From assembly GCA_038322845.1 (NCBI GenBank), contig JBBQGH010000003.1, positions 2,130 to 66,129 of the forward strand: a DNA stretch of 64,000 nt, read 5' to 3'. This document shows, in pieces, positions 20,194 through 29,451 of this stretch. The notes beneath the pieces were generated by a model. It was not told where the DNA came from and ran no database searches. It saw nothing but the letters and a program-made list of their open reading frames with translations. This DNA is from Gammaproteobacteria bacterium (GTDB taxonomy: Bacteria; Pseudomonadota; Gammaproteobacteria; Burkholderiales; Rhodocyclaceae). Numbering within the stretch: the stretch's first letter is position 1; every line of letters begins with the position of its first letter. The position numbers were made by a program, and so were the translations under genes.

Positions 20194-20402
20194 TGCAGGC
20201 CGGTATCCGGGCTCGCGAGTTTTGGTACGTCGCCTTCCCATGATTGCTCACAGTGGCGAAGGGTCTGGAAACCCTAATGACGTACCCGCACTCGCTGACC
20301 GTTGCGGGGGCAGCTGAGGCTTTGCCGAGGGGGTTGATCCCTCGACGCACCTCATTCCCGTTTAACCCATCGGCTGGAAAGCCGGTTGGGCACCTTGCAC
20401 AG
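20194..20402 (-). promoter_or_regulatory. Cobalamin riboswitch
   Basis: Minus strand shows AGGTGC...TTAAACGGGAATGAGGTGC...CTGCCCCCGCAACGGT...GCCACTG...GGGAAGGC...AGCCCGGATACCGGCCT (B12 box) upstream of btuB. Confidence 0.92.
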
Positions 20403-20565
20403 GATGCCGTGCGGTGAGCTGCACGGCGGCCGGATTATAGCCTTCAAATCGCCGCTTGCGGGATGGCTCACTAAGCCGCGTGAGTACGCCCCCGCAATCA
20501 CAAACAACTTTCAAAGTAAGACGTTATTGCTTGACCTCAAAAGTCTTTTCGGCTAGTTTTCCGGG

Positions 20566-20760
20566 ATGGACAGCGAACTCTTCGCCCTCGAAGAAAGAAT
20601 TGAGCAATTCATTGCCTTGTGCCAGAACCTGCGCAGCGAGAATCAGGATCTGCGCACGCGTGTGGCCACCCTGGAAGGCGAGCGCATGCGCTTGACCCAC
20701 AAAATAGATGCCGCCTGCGGCCGGCTGGAAGGCCTCATGGAACGCCTGCCGGAACAATGA
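20566..20760 (+). CDS. Small coiled-coil protein, ZapB-like / TIGR02449-like
   Basis: MDSELFALEERIEQFIALCQNLRSEN heptad pattern; directly upstream of zapA. Confidence 0.75.
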   Translation: MDSELFALEERIEQFIALCQNLRSENQDLRTRVATLEGERMRLTHKIDAACGRLEGLMERLPEQ

Positions 20761-20764
20761 GCTG

Positions 20765-21082
20765 ATGAACGCCAAGGCAAAATCCCCGGATACGCTCGAC
20801 ATTGTCCTGATGGGTCGAGAATACCGCGTCGCCTGTGTCCCCGACGAGCGCGAAGCCCTCAAAACGGCGGTGGCCTACGTCGATGAACGCATGCGCGACT
20901 TGACCGAGAAAACCAAATCCACCGGCGAACGGCTGGCCGTCATGACCGCCCTGAATCTCGCTCACGAATTACTTTCGATCAAACTGCCAGGCGGGTTTGA
21001 CATGCAAGAGTTCCGGCGTAGAATCGGTTCCATGCAGTCGCGGCTTGATGAAGCCATGGCCAGCCAGGAACAGCTCTTCTAG
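20765..21082 (+). CDS. zapA: Cell division protein ZapA
   Basis: IVLMGREYRVAC...AVAYVDERM...AVMTALNLAHELL; zapA-ssrS synteny. Confidence 0.88.
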   Translation: MNAKAKSPDTLDIVLMGREYRVACVPDEREALKTAVAYVDERMRDLTEKTKSTGERLAVMTALNLAHELLSIKLPGGFDMQEFRRRIGSMQSRLDEAMASQEQLF

Positions 21083-21144
21083 CAGTACCGGACCAGCATC
21101 CCCGCTCCGTCGTCACTCCATCGTTTTTCCCCAGCCGCGCAGAA

Positions 21145-21322
21145 ATTCCCCTGCGGTGTTCGCCTAGGCCATATATTCCTTGAACCAATACGTTGGCATT
21201 GGCCGCGAACCACAGCGTCACTATTGTGAGCGTCCCTTGTTGGACGAACCTACGGTGACCGGAACGTGGCCACTCTGAACCTTAGGTTCAGGATGCCGGC
21301 CTAACGGCACAGGCGGGGGATC
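21145..21322 (+). ncRNA. ssrS: 6S RNA
   Basis: Terminal TCCCCTGC / GCGGGGGA pairing, CCTTGAACC and CTGAACCTTAGGTTCAGGATGCC motifs; canonical position after zapA. Confidence 0.9.
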
Positions 21323-21329
21323 TACAAAA

Positions 21330-21365
21330 GAAAAACGCGGCCATCGCAAGATGCCGCGTTTTTCT
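21330..21365. terminator. Bidirectional intrinsic terminator
   Basis: AAAAACGCGGC-CATCGCAAGAT-GCCGCGTTTTT between convergent ssrS and the cyclase gene. Confidence 0.8.
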
Positions 21366-21408
21366 TTATAGCCCGAGGAATCGAGCGGCAGACGGGAAGG
21401 CTGAATGC

Positions 21409-22302
21409 TTAGCCGACGTTGAACTCCACGACTTCCTTGCTGCCGTCGGCGTGGGCGTGGCCGAAGCTGATAAGGCCGTGCCCACGCAGGATGACTTCTT
21501 CACGTTTGAGAGAGAACTCGGCCTCGCCATCGAACTTCACGTAAGTGCCGTTGGTGCTTTGGTCTATCAAGACAAACTTGTCGCGGCGACGTTCAATTTT
21601 GGCGTGGCTGCGCGAGGCGCGCTTGTCGGCAACAACGATGTCACTGGCCGGGTCGCGGCCCAACGCGAGCAGGCTGTTACGCGTATCCAAAACCCAGTCG
21701 AGGCTATTGTGATGCACCGTCATGCGCACCGTCGGTGCCTGCGGCGGCACAATACCGGCAGATTTCATGGTCAGTTCATCGGATTCCTGCCAGAGCACCT
21801 CGACGACGTGAATGTCGTCGGCCTTACCCTTCACCGAAAGGGCGTCGATGGCGCGGGTGGATAGGCGTAGCAACTCTGGCAACGCTTCTAGGGTGTCGGC
21901 ATTGGTGATGATCTGGCCAGCCTTGGCAAATCCGGACATGCGCGCCGCCGTATTCACCGTATCGCCGAAGACGTCGTTGTTGTCCTCTATGGCGGGGCCG
22001 AAGTGAAAGCCTATGCGTATGGCCAGTTTGACCCCCCGTAGTGGCGGCAAGTCGTCAATGCGCAACTGCATTTCACAGGCGGCCTGAAAGCCGGCTTCGG
22101 CGCTGTCGAAGGCAGCCATCACCTCATCGCCGATGGTCTTGACGACTCGACCGTGATACTGCTCGGTGGTGCGCGACATGCGGTTAATACAACGCTCGAC
22201 AGCGCGCAACGCCTCCTTGTCGCCCAGCTTTTCATAAAGCTGGGTGCTGCCGGCAACATCGGCGAACAACACACAGAGATTGCGTTCGGTCTTTTTTTTC
22301 AT
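21409..22302 (-). CDS. Class III adenylate/guanylate cyclase with C-terminal FHA domain
   Basis: LFADVAGST, KTIGDEVM and DVFGDTVNTAAR motifs; FHA core GRD...SRSHA...DQSTNGT. Confidence 0.87.
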   Translation of the reverse strand: MKKKTERNLCVLFADVAGSTQLYEKLGDKEALRAVERCINRMSRTTEQYHGRVVKTIGDEVMAAFDSAEAGFQAACEMQLRIDDLPPLRGVKLAIRIGFHFGPAIEDNNDVFGDTVNTAARMSGFAKAGQIITNADTLEALPELLRLSTRAIDALSVKGKADDIHVVEVLWQESDELTMKSAGIVPPQAPTVRMTVHHNSLDWVLDTRNSLLALGRDPASDIVVADKRASRSHAKIERRRDKFVLIDQSTNGTYVKFDGEAEFSLKREEVILRGHGLISFGHAHADGSKEVVEFNVG

Positions 22303-22425
22303 TGCTTATGCCGATCCAGACAGGGGGTTACGGTGATGGAGTCGCGGTTGAGGCGGTTGAGGACTTGCATCTTGTTTGCATTTGCGCGGTGAGCCGGGCA
22401 CTCCAATCTTCTGGCGCAGATCATA

Positions 22426-23346
22426 TCAAACCGCATCACTGGCGCGAAGCGGAATCACGGAGGGATCGTCATAATCGTCCGGATCGAAGGCCCGATCACC
22501 TTGTGGATCAGCTTGACCACTGGAGCGCAGGTTCACGAAATCATACAGCGCTGGGTCGGCCAGATGCGAGGGTGCCACATTGCCTAAAGCGGCAAAGACT
22601 TTCTCGACACGGCCGGGAAAGCGCTTGTCCCAATCGTGCAGCATAGCCTTCATCTCCTTGCGCTTTAAATTCTCCTGCGAGCCACACAGATTGCAAGGAA
22701 TGATGGGGAAATGACGCAATTCCGCCCAAGTCGCCAGGTCGCGCTCGCGGCAATAAGCCAGGGGGCGGATGACAATATGGCGCCCATCGTCCGACACCAG
22801 CTTGGGCGGCATGGCCTTCAGCTTGCCGCCGTAGAACAGATTGAGGAACAGTGTCTCCAGAATATCGTCGCGGTGATGCCCCAGCGCGATCTTGGTCGCA
22901 CCCAACTCGCCGGCGACGCGATAGAGCACGCCGCGGCGCAGGCGCGAGCACAGCGCGCAGGTGGTTTTGCCCTCAGGCACCACGCGTTTGACGATGGAAT
23001 AGGTGTCCTGTTCCTCGATGCGGTAATCCACACCTAAGCTGGTGAGGTATTCCGGCAGCACGTGCTCGGGAAAGCCAGGCTGTTTCTGATCCAGATTGAC
23101 CGCCACGATGTCGAAATGGATGGGCGCGATCTCGCGCATTTGCAGCAGGATGTCGAGCAGGGCGTAGCTGTCCTTGCCACCGGAGAGGCAAACCATCACC
23201 TTGTCGCCGTTTTCGATCATGTTGAAATCGGCGATAGCCTGACCAACATTGCGACGCAGGCGCTTGGACAATTTGTTGGCCTCGAAGCGCTGGCGCTCGT
23301 CCAACTCATGGCCCAATACGCCCAGTATGTTTTGCATTAGGGTCAT
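22426..23346 (-). CDS. ttcA: tRNA 2-thiocytidine(32) synthetase TtcA
   Basis: SGGKDS PP-loop, [10 protein letters not shown] and CNLCGSQ motifs. Confidence 0.93.
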   Translation of the reverse strand: MTLMQNILGVLGHELDERQRFEANKLSKRLRRNVGQAIADFNMIENGDKVMVCLSGGKDSYALLDILLQMREIAPIHFDIVAVNLDQKQPGFPEHVLPEYLTSLGVDYRIEEQDTYSIVKRVVPEGKTTCALCSRLRRGVLYRVAGELGATKIALGHHRDDILETLFLNLFYGGKLKAMPPKLVSDDGRHIVIRPLAYCRERDLATWAELRHFPIIPCNLCGSQENLKRKEMKAMLHDWDKRFPGRVEKVFAALGNVAPSHLADPALYDFVNLRSSGQADPQGDRAFDPDDYDDPSVIPLRASDAV

Positions 23347-23350
23347 GGTT

Positions 23351-24097
23351 TCACAAGGCTATGCTACGACCGCCGTCTACCGCAATAATTTGCCCGGTGA
23401 CGTATGGCGCGTCAGCCAGAAGAAAGCGGACGGCACGGGCAACGTCGGCGGGTTCGCCACCTCGCCGCAGTGGCGTGCGCGTTAGAATTTTCGCCTGCGC
23501 CGCGTTATCGAAGGTGCCGTCCTCCGGCCAGAGTATCGGTCCGGGCGCGACGCCATTCACCCGCACGTCCGGCGCCAGGTCGAGGGCCAGGGCGCGTGTC
23601 AGTCCGACCAACCCCGCCTTGGCGGTACAGTACAGCGCGTAGTGATGCAGCGGCAACTCCGCGTGGATGTCAGTGATATTCACGATCGCGCCCCGCGCCA
23701 CGGCCAGATGCGCCGCCGCCGCCTGCGCCAGCATCAGCGGCGCTTTGAGGTTGGTGCCGATGAGATCGTTCCATTCCGTCTCGCCGATGCGGCCTATGGG
23801 CGTGGCATAGAAGCTGGAGGCGTTATTCACCAGCGCGTCGAGGCGGCCGAAATGCCCCACCACATCTGCCACCAGCTTAGGCAACTGCGCCGTGTCCAGT
23901 AGATCCGCCTGAAAGGCCCGTGCAGAGCCGGCACGCGCGGCATTGCACTCCGCCACCAGCGCCTGGGCTTCTGTCGCGGCACCGCGATAGTGCAAGGCTA
24001 GCGTGGCGCCCGCCGCATGCAAGGAGCGTGCGATGGCGGCGCCGATGCGTTTAGCCGCACCGGTGATTAGCACCACTTTGCCTGTCAGGTCGCTCAT
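23351..24097 (-). CDS. Pteridine reductase (SDR family)
   Basis: [23 protein letters not shown] and YCTAK motifs. Confidence 0.85.
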   Translation of the reverse strand: MSDLTGKVVLITGAAKRIGAAIARSLHAAGATLALHYRGAATEAQALVAECNAARAGSARAFQADLLDTAQLPKLVADVVGHFGRLDALVNNASSFYATPIGRIGETEWNDLIGTNLKAPLMLAQAAAAHLAVARGAIVNITDIHAELPLHHYALYCTAKAGLVGLTRALALDLAPDVRVNGVAPGPILWPEDGTFDNAAQAKILTRTPLRRGGEPADVARAVRFLLADAPYVTGQIIAVDGGRSIAL

Positions 24098-24155
24098 CGC
24101 ATATCCGCAACATCAGCCGCCAAGAGAATTGCGGATTCTAGCGGATTCGGCCACC

Positions 24156-25337
24156 ATGCGGCCTCCTCAAAAGTCCGCTTTCAACCTCGTGACCCTGCCC
24201 ACGCCCGACCCTGTCGCCCTCGAATACAGTCAGCGTCTGGGGCGGCACATTGCGCAGACCCTCAAGAATTCCGGCGGCTGGATTTCCTTTGCGCGCTACA
24301 TGGAACTCGCGCTCTATGCGCCAGGCTTGGGCTATTACAGCGGCGGCGCAACCAAATTCGGCCGCGCAGGCGACTTCATCACCGCGCCGGAAATCTCACC
24401 CCTGTTCGGCCAAACCCTAGCGGCGCAGGTGGCGGAAATCATGGCGGGCAGCGCTGCCCAAGTGCTGGAAGTGGGTGCTGGCAGCGGCGCGCTGGCGGCC
24501 GACCTACTTTTGGCGCTGGAACACGTAGGCCAGTTACCCGCACGCTACGACATCCTTGAGCTCTCGGGGGAACTGCGTGAGCGGCAGCGGCAAACCCTGC
24601 TGGCCCGCACGCCGACCTTATTCGCGCGCGTGAGTTGGCTCGATGCCTTGCCGGCCGCCTACAGCGGCGCCATCATCGCTAACGAATTGCTCGATGCCCT
24701 GCCGACCCATGTCGTCGTCTGGCGCGAGGATGGAATATTTGAGCGTGGCGTGGCGCTGAGTGCCGACGGCCACTTCGTCTGGCAGGACCGTCCAGCCGCC
24801 GACGCGCTCCTGAAAGCGGCGGCCGCACTACCGGTGGTCGCGCCCTATGTAAGCGAGATTAACCTCGCCGCCCGCGCCTGGTCGGCTGAGTGGGGGCGTA
24901 TTCTCGCCACCGGCGCGCTGCTCTTGGTTGATTATGGCTACCCGCAGCAGGAGTACTACCATCCACAGCGCGACCGCGGCAGCCTGTTGTGCCACTACCG
25001 CCACCATGCTCACGAAGATCCGTTTTGGCTGCCGGGGCTGAACGACCTCACTGCGCACGTCGATTTCACGGCGGTGATCACGGCCGCACACGAGACCGGA
25101 CTCGACCTCTACGGCTACACCAGCCAGGCGAAGTTCCTATTCAATTGCGGCATCACCGAACTGCTGGCCCAATATCCGGCGGAGGACGCCGCGCGCTACC
25201 TACCACTGTCCGCCGGTGCACAAAAGCTCATCAGTCCACAGGAGATGGGCGAGCGCTTCAAGGTGATGGCGATAGGGCGCGGCTTGCAAGAGCCGCTGCT
25301 AGGCTTTCGCCGGGGCGACCGCAGCGCCACCTTGTGA
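24156..25337 (+). CDS. SAM-dependent methyltransferase, MidA/NDUFAF7 family
   Basis: YMELALYAPGLGYY, GDFITAPEISPLFG, EVGAGSG and DLTAHVDF motifs. Confidence 0.87.
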   Translation: MRPPQKSAFNLVTLPTPDPVALEYSQRLGRHIAQTLKNSGGWISFARYMELALYAPGLGYYSGGATKFGRAGDFITAPEISPLFGQTLAAQVAEIMAGSAAQVLEVGAGSGALAADLLLALEHVGQLPARYDILELSGELRERQRQTLLARTPTLFARVSWLDALPAAYSGAIIANELLDALPTHVVVWREDGIFERGVALSADGHFVWQDRPAADALLKAAAALPVVAPYVSEINLAARAWSAEWGRILATGALLLVDYGYPQQEYYHPQRDRGSLLCHYRHHAHEDPFWLPGLNDLTAHVDFTAVITAAHETGLDLYGYTSQAKFLFNCGITELLAQYPAEDAARYLPLSAGAQKLISPQEMGERFKVMAIGRGLQEPLLGFRRGDRSATL

Positions 25338-25411
25338 CGGAAGAAGTAGGTTTGTACCCGATGCAATATACCGGGCGCTAAAGCCCGGCCTTTGCGTTAG
25401 CGGACAGCGAA

Positions 25412-26560
25412 TCAGCGAATCAGCGTCTTACCCTTGGCGACCACGGTGATTTCAACAAGATGGAAGCCGTTGTGGTTGTTCGGCGCAAAGGACAGCGGGA
25501 GACGACCGAATTCAACATCATTCATGGATTCGATGCTGCTAATGAGCTTGTCGCGTGTGAGCGGCTTGCCGACGCGGCGAGCGCCTTCGACGAACAATTT
25601 GGCGGCCAAATAGCCCTCCATCGAGCCGTAGGAAAACTTCTCAAAGCCTGAATCCTGCATGGCTTTTTGATAGTCACGAATCAGCGGAATCACGCTGCTG
25701 AAAGGGGTCGGCATTACCTGGGGAATGAGTATGCCGCGTGCATCGTCGCCGAACTCATCCATCAGGCTATTTGAACCTATGGTCGAGAAAACCGCGAAGG
25801 GCAACCAGGTGCCGCGGTCGCGCACTTTTGAGATGAAGGCGTTACACGTGACGAGATCGCAACCCAGCACTACCGCGTCCGCGCCCGACTTTAGGATGGC
25901 GTCCGCCGCCCAAGTAATGCTCTGCGGCGTGCGATCGGCCGTGGCCACCGCGACCAGTTTTTCATTCGTGGCGGCGAGCGCTTTTTCTATCGCCAGCTTG
26001 GTTTCCTGACCAAAAGCATCGTTCTGATAAAACATCGCGATTTTAGAAGAGCCGCTGGCCTTGAGGTTGCTGATGATCGGGCCGGCTTCTTCGCTGTAAC
26101 TGGCGCGCACGTTGAACACGTAACGGTTGGGCGGGTTGCGCAGCGCTTCCGTGCCCGTATAGGCGCCGATGAAAGGCACTTTGGCGGCGGTGAAGACGGG
26201 GATCGCGGCTTTGCTGGTGGCGGTGCCCACGTAGCCCAGCAGCGCAAAAACTTTTTCCTGCTTGATGAGCTTGCGCGTATTGTCTTCCGCTTTGCCCGGA
26301 TCAAAATTGTCCTCGAGGGCGACCAGCTTGAGCTTGCGCCCATGGACGCCGCCTTCGTTATTCACCGAGTTGAACAAGGCTTCGATGCCTTGTTTCATCT
26401 CCAGGCCCAGGCCCGCTTCTGGACCGGAGAAGGCAGCGGACTGTCCGACGAGAATACTGCTGTCGGTGACACCAGCTTCGGCAAACGCGCTGGTTGCCCA
26501 GCCCCCCTGCAACATCAGCGCCAACGCAGCGCCGTAGAGCCCTTGCTTGAATTTTTTCAT
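25412..26560 (-). CDS. ABC transporter substrate-binding protein (type I PBP, Leu/Ile/Val-like family)
   Basis: Signal peptide; GVTDSSILVGQSAAFSG and GGVHGRKLKLVALED. Confidence 0.85.
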   Translation of the reverse strand: MKKFKQGLYGAALALMLQGGWATSAFAEAGVTDSSILVGQSAAFSGPEAGLGLEMKQGIEALFNSVNNEGGVHGRKLKLVALEDNFDPGKAEDNTRKLIKQEKVFALLGYVGTATSKAAIPVFTAAKVPFIGAYTGTEALRNPPNRYVFNVRASYSEEAGPIISNLKASGSSKIAMFYQNDAFGQETKLAIEKALAATNEKLVAVATADRTPQSITWAADAILKSGADAVVLGCDLVTCNAFISKVRDRGTWLPFAVFSTIGSNSLMDEFGDDARGILIPQVMPTPFSSVIPLIRDYQKAMQDSGFEKFSYGSMEGYLAAKLFVEGARRVGKPLTRDKLISSIESMNDVEFGRLPLSFAPNNHNGFHLVEITVVAKGKTLIR

Positions 26561-26573
26561 GACAGCCCCCTGG

Positions 26574-26629
26574 GTTGAGCTTACTTCGTTGAGCTTAGTT
26601 GGTCGAAGCTTACCAGTCGAAGCTTACGC
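26574..26629. repeat. Four tandem 14-bp imperfect repeats
   Basis: GTTGAGCTTACTTC GTTGAGCTTAGTTG GTCGAAGCTTACCA GTCGAAGCTTACGC. Confidence 0.7.
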
Positions 26630-27052
26630 TTGCAGCCCCCGCAAACAGGCGCGGATGTTTTCCGGGATCGTCGTCGGTTTGCCTTTGGCGCGATCCACAA
26701 AAACGCGCACGAAATGGCCTTGCGCGGCAGGTTTATCCTCGTCTGCCTTGAACAGGCCAACATCATAGCGCACCGAAGAGTTTCCCAAGTGCGCAACGCG
26801 CAGGCCGGCATCCAATGTTTCCGGAAATCCAACCGAACGATGATAGCGGCAAGTCGACTCCACGCAATAGGCCACGACTGGGCCGTCGCTTCCGAGTTCG
26901 CCTACGCGTATGAGGAAATCGTTGATGACGGTGTCAAAGTAGGCGTAATACACCGCGTTGTTCACGTGGCCGTAAGCGTCGTTATCCATCCAACGCGTCG
27001 GGATGGCCAGAAAATGTCGGTAGCCGGCGCGTGTTTCTTGCAGAGTGGCCAT
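26624..27052 (-). CDS. Acyl-CoA thioesterase (4HBT/hotdog family)
   Basis: RWMDNDAYGHVNNAVY motif. Confidence 0.88.
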   Translation of the reverse strand: MATLQETRAGYRHFLAIPTRWMDNDAYGHVNNAVYYAYFDTVINDFLIRVGELGSDGPVVAYCVESTCRYHRSVGFPETLDAGLRVAHLGNSSVRYDVGLFKADEDKPAAQGHFVRVFVDRAKGKPTTIPENIRACLRGLQA

Positions 27053-27261
27053 GGGCTATAAGTTATTCTCTCGAGCAAGGGAGGCTTGTGAGTAGCACTT
27101 GAGCGCGATCTTAGGTGCGCGTCGGTGCGCGGCGCTTCATGACATCGGAGTTTATCTTACAACGGGGCTGAAGGCGAAAATCTTACGTCTCCCGTCGAAA
27201 TGGGTAAATGATCCGTAAGCGGCGCCGGTCTAGCCCGACCGGCGCGACAGACGATGGAGCG

Positions 27262-27468
27262 CTATTCTTGGCTGAGATAAATAGCGCGCATGAAGGCTTC
27301 GGCGTCCTGCGTCGCCTCCGGCTTCGCTGCCTTGACAGGAATCGCTTCCTGTAATATCAAGCCAAGTTCAAGCTGCGGTGTCCAGTTGGCCAGCAGCACT
27401 TCTTCGCTGTATTCGTCTGCCGGTTCCATTCTTTTTTTCCCCGTATCCATATCCGTCATTATCAGCAT
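27262..27468 (-). CDS. Small hypothetical protein
   Basis: 68-aa ORF with GGAGG SD; no recognised motif. Confidence 0.5.
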   Translation of the reverse strand: MLIMTDMDTGKKRMEPADEYSEEVLLANWTPQLELGLILQEAIPVKAAKPEATQDAEAFMRAIYLSQE

Positions 27469-27668
27469 GATGACCTCCGTAATAGGTCGTGCATTTCGCC
27501 ATCAACGTCTTGAGCACGCCGACGTCAACAAGACTAACGACTGAAAGGGAAAAAGGTTGAACAACTACGTCACACTTTATCGTGAAATGATGAATGGCAA
27601 GGCCAGGCAGCCCAGCGGGGAGAAAACGGAATGAGCGATAGGAAAGGAGTGGGCGCGACGCGGGCAGG

Positions 27669-28487
27669 TTACTCGTATTCGCGCCAGCCCTGAGGCGTCC
27701 ACAAAAACAGCTTGCGACTGATCGGCCAGCCTTGGTGCGCTTCGATGGTAGCAACCGTTTCGCGCATTTGGCTGATTTTTTCTGGCTCCAGTGTCGACGT
27801 AAACACCACCACATCACGTGTCGGCATGCCCAGAACCAGGGTATCGCCCAGCCGCAGGGTCAGTTCCGACCAGCGCCAATGCAGCAGCACGCGGCTTGCT
27901 GCATAGTCGTCGCTAACGTCGATGACGTTCAGCCAGGGCAGCTTGCCTACGGGCTTGATCGTGATCTCCTCCTCGCGGGCAGCGAGATTCGCGAGCGCAC
28001 GCTGATGCAAGCGATCCGGGTCCATGCCCCAGGTTTTCATCGCACCCCATGAGACGAGCTGTGTCCCCTCACTGAACTCCATTGCGTATATGACTTGCAC
28101 ATCGCCGACGAAATCGCGCACCACCAGCGCGTTCTCCGCCATCCATAGACTCGGCCGGTCGGCGCTGCGGCTCATCGGCGCAAGCTGCACCGCCAATTTG
28201 CGCCGAGCATTATCGAGATACGACTTGCCGATCAATATCGGCCGCAGTGCGGCGAGCTCTTCTTCGAGGGTATGGGTGGGAGTGGAGGGTTGGGCGGGGG
28301 TTTGGGTAGGGGTTTGGTTAGGAATAGGCGCGAAGCGCGACTGCTCAGCGTTGGCGGGCCGATCGGATTGCGCCCCCGCCACGCTAGACATGACTGTTAA
28401 TACTGCGAGCACGCACCAGCAACGTAGTAAAGCGATAGGGGAAACGGCAGAGTGAGCTAGCGTCATAGTGACGGTGGTGACGCGCAT
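27669..28487 (-). CDS. Hypothetical exported protein (DUF1444-like C-terminal region)
   Basis: Signal-like N-terminus, Pro/Thr/Gln linker, then WGMDPDRLHQRALANL and GDDY/DDYAASRVLL-type segments. Family call is tentative. Confidence 0.5.
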   Translation of the reverse strand: MRVTTVTMTLAHSAVSPIALLRCWCVLAVLTVMSSVAGAQSDRPANAEQSRFAPIPNQTPTQTPAQPSTPTHTLEEELAALRPILIGKSYLDNARRKLAVQLAPMSRSADRPSLWMAENALVVRDFVGDVQVIYAMEFSEGTQLVSWGAMKTWGMDPDRLHQRALANLAAREEEITIKPVGKLPWLNVIDVSDDYAASRVLLHWRWSELTLRLGDTLVLGMPTRDVVVFTSTLEPEKISQMRETVATIEAHQGWPISRKLFLWTPQGWREYE

Positions 28488-28547
28488 CTTGCAGGTATCG
28501 AAGCCGGGTGGCGAAAAACCGAGAACGGATACGCCGCACCGGATAAC

Positions 28548-28624
28548 TGGCGCGCCCGAGACGATTCGAACGTCCGACCCCTGCCTTCGGAGGGCAGTAC
28601 TCTATCCAGCTGAGCTACGGGCGC
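28548..28624 (-). tRNA. tRNA-Arg(CCG)
   Basis: GCGCCCGTAGCTCAGCTGGATAGAGTACTGCCCTCCGAAGGCAGGGGTCGGACGTTCGAATCGTCTCGGGCGCGCCA; anticodon CCG; encoded CCA end. Confidence 0.97.
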
Positions 28625-28729
28625 GAGGTGGTGCAGCATAGCTTTTTTCCCGCTTATCGTCCATTCAGCGAGCGCTGCCGTACCTGAAAGTTGGTCTATA
28701 ATCCGCGCTTTTCCGCGAGAGGAATCAAC

Positions 28730-29215
28730 ATGGCCGAGCACCACGACGACGACGGCGGACTCATCCGCACGCCCAAACAATTGATCATTGCCGGCGTCCT
28801 CGGCCTGGGCGTGCCACTTGCCATAGCGTTGCTGGTCGCTCAACTCGTGACCACCAGCCAAACCAGCACAGACGCGCCGCCCGAAATGGTCGCAAAACGC
28901 ATCCAGCCCGTCGCAAAATTGGAAATGGCCGGTGCCGGTGCCAGCGCGGTGAAGCCGCCGGAAGAAACCTACAAGACGGTATGTTCGGCCTGCCATGATG
29001 CCGGGGTTGCGGGCGCGCCCAAACTAGGTGACAAGACTGCGTGGGCAAGTCGCATCAGCGTGGGCCTACCCAAGCTTGTGCAATCGGCCATCAAAGGCAA
29101 GAACGCCATGCCGCCCAAGGGCGGTACCAGCCTGTCCGACGAAGAATTTACCCGCGTAGTGATTTATATCGCCAACAAGTCTGGCGCCAACTTCAAGGAT
29201 CCGGGCGCGAAGTGA
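28730..29215 (+). CDS. Membrane-anchored cytochrome c5
   Basis: CSACH heme motif, GAPKLGDKTAWASR and NAMPPKGG. Confidence 0.9.
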   Translation: MAEHHDDDGGLIRTPKQLIIAGVLGLGVPLAIALLVAQLVTTSQTSTDAPPEMVAKRIQPVAKLEMAGAGASAVKPPEETYKTVCSACHDAGVAGAPKLGDKTAWASRISVGLPKLVQSAIKGKNAMPPKGGTSLSDEEFTRVVIYIANKSGANFKDPGAK

Positions 29216-29236
29216 GCAACTGGCGCAAGCTAGACG

Positions 29237-29274
29237 AAAAACAAAACGGGGCGGCAGCGCCCCGTTTTGTTTTG
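29237..29274. terminator. Bidirectional intrinsic terminator
   Basis: AAAACAAAACGGGGCG-GCAG-CGCCCCGTTTTGTTTT between convergent cyt c5 and rep. Confidence 0.8.
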
Positions 29275-29293
29275 GCGGTTGAAGAAAAAATTT

Positions 29294-29446
29294 TGACGCG
29301 GATTTCGCAGATGAACGCCGATTCTCTTGATTTGTCGTTCTCGCGTAAGCGGGGACCCCGCGGCGTTCGCCACAATCTACAGCTCGCCGGACCTGGCTCG
29401 GCGAAAAACCAAAAGAAATCCGCGTTCATCTGCGAAATTCGCGTCA
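29294..29446. repeat. 9-nt-period inverted-array element with 30-bp terminal inverted repeats
   Basis: TGACGCGGATTTCGCAGATGAACGCCGATT ... AATCCGCGTTCATCTGCGAAATTCGCGTCA (28/30 complementary). Confidence 0.8.
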
Positions 29447-29451
29447 GATTT

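Noticed and set aside
21323-21408. Absence of ygfA (5-formyl-THF cyclo-ligase) after ssrS
   Set aside because: This synteny is variable outside Gammaproteobacteria; there is no scar or remnant to suggest a recent event.
26574-26629. Possible CRISPR or iteron array
   Set aside because: Units are 14 bp with no unique spacers, and there is no rep initiator or cas gene nearby.
27053-28547. attR copy of the tRNA-Arg 3' end
   Set aside because: I looked for TGGCGCGCCCGAGA-like sequence downstream of the tRNA and did not find a convincing match.
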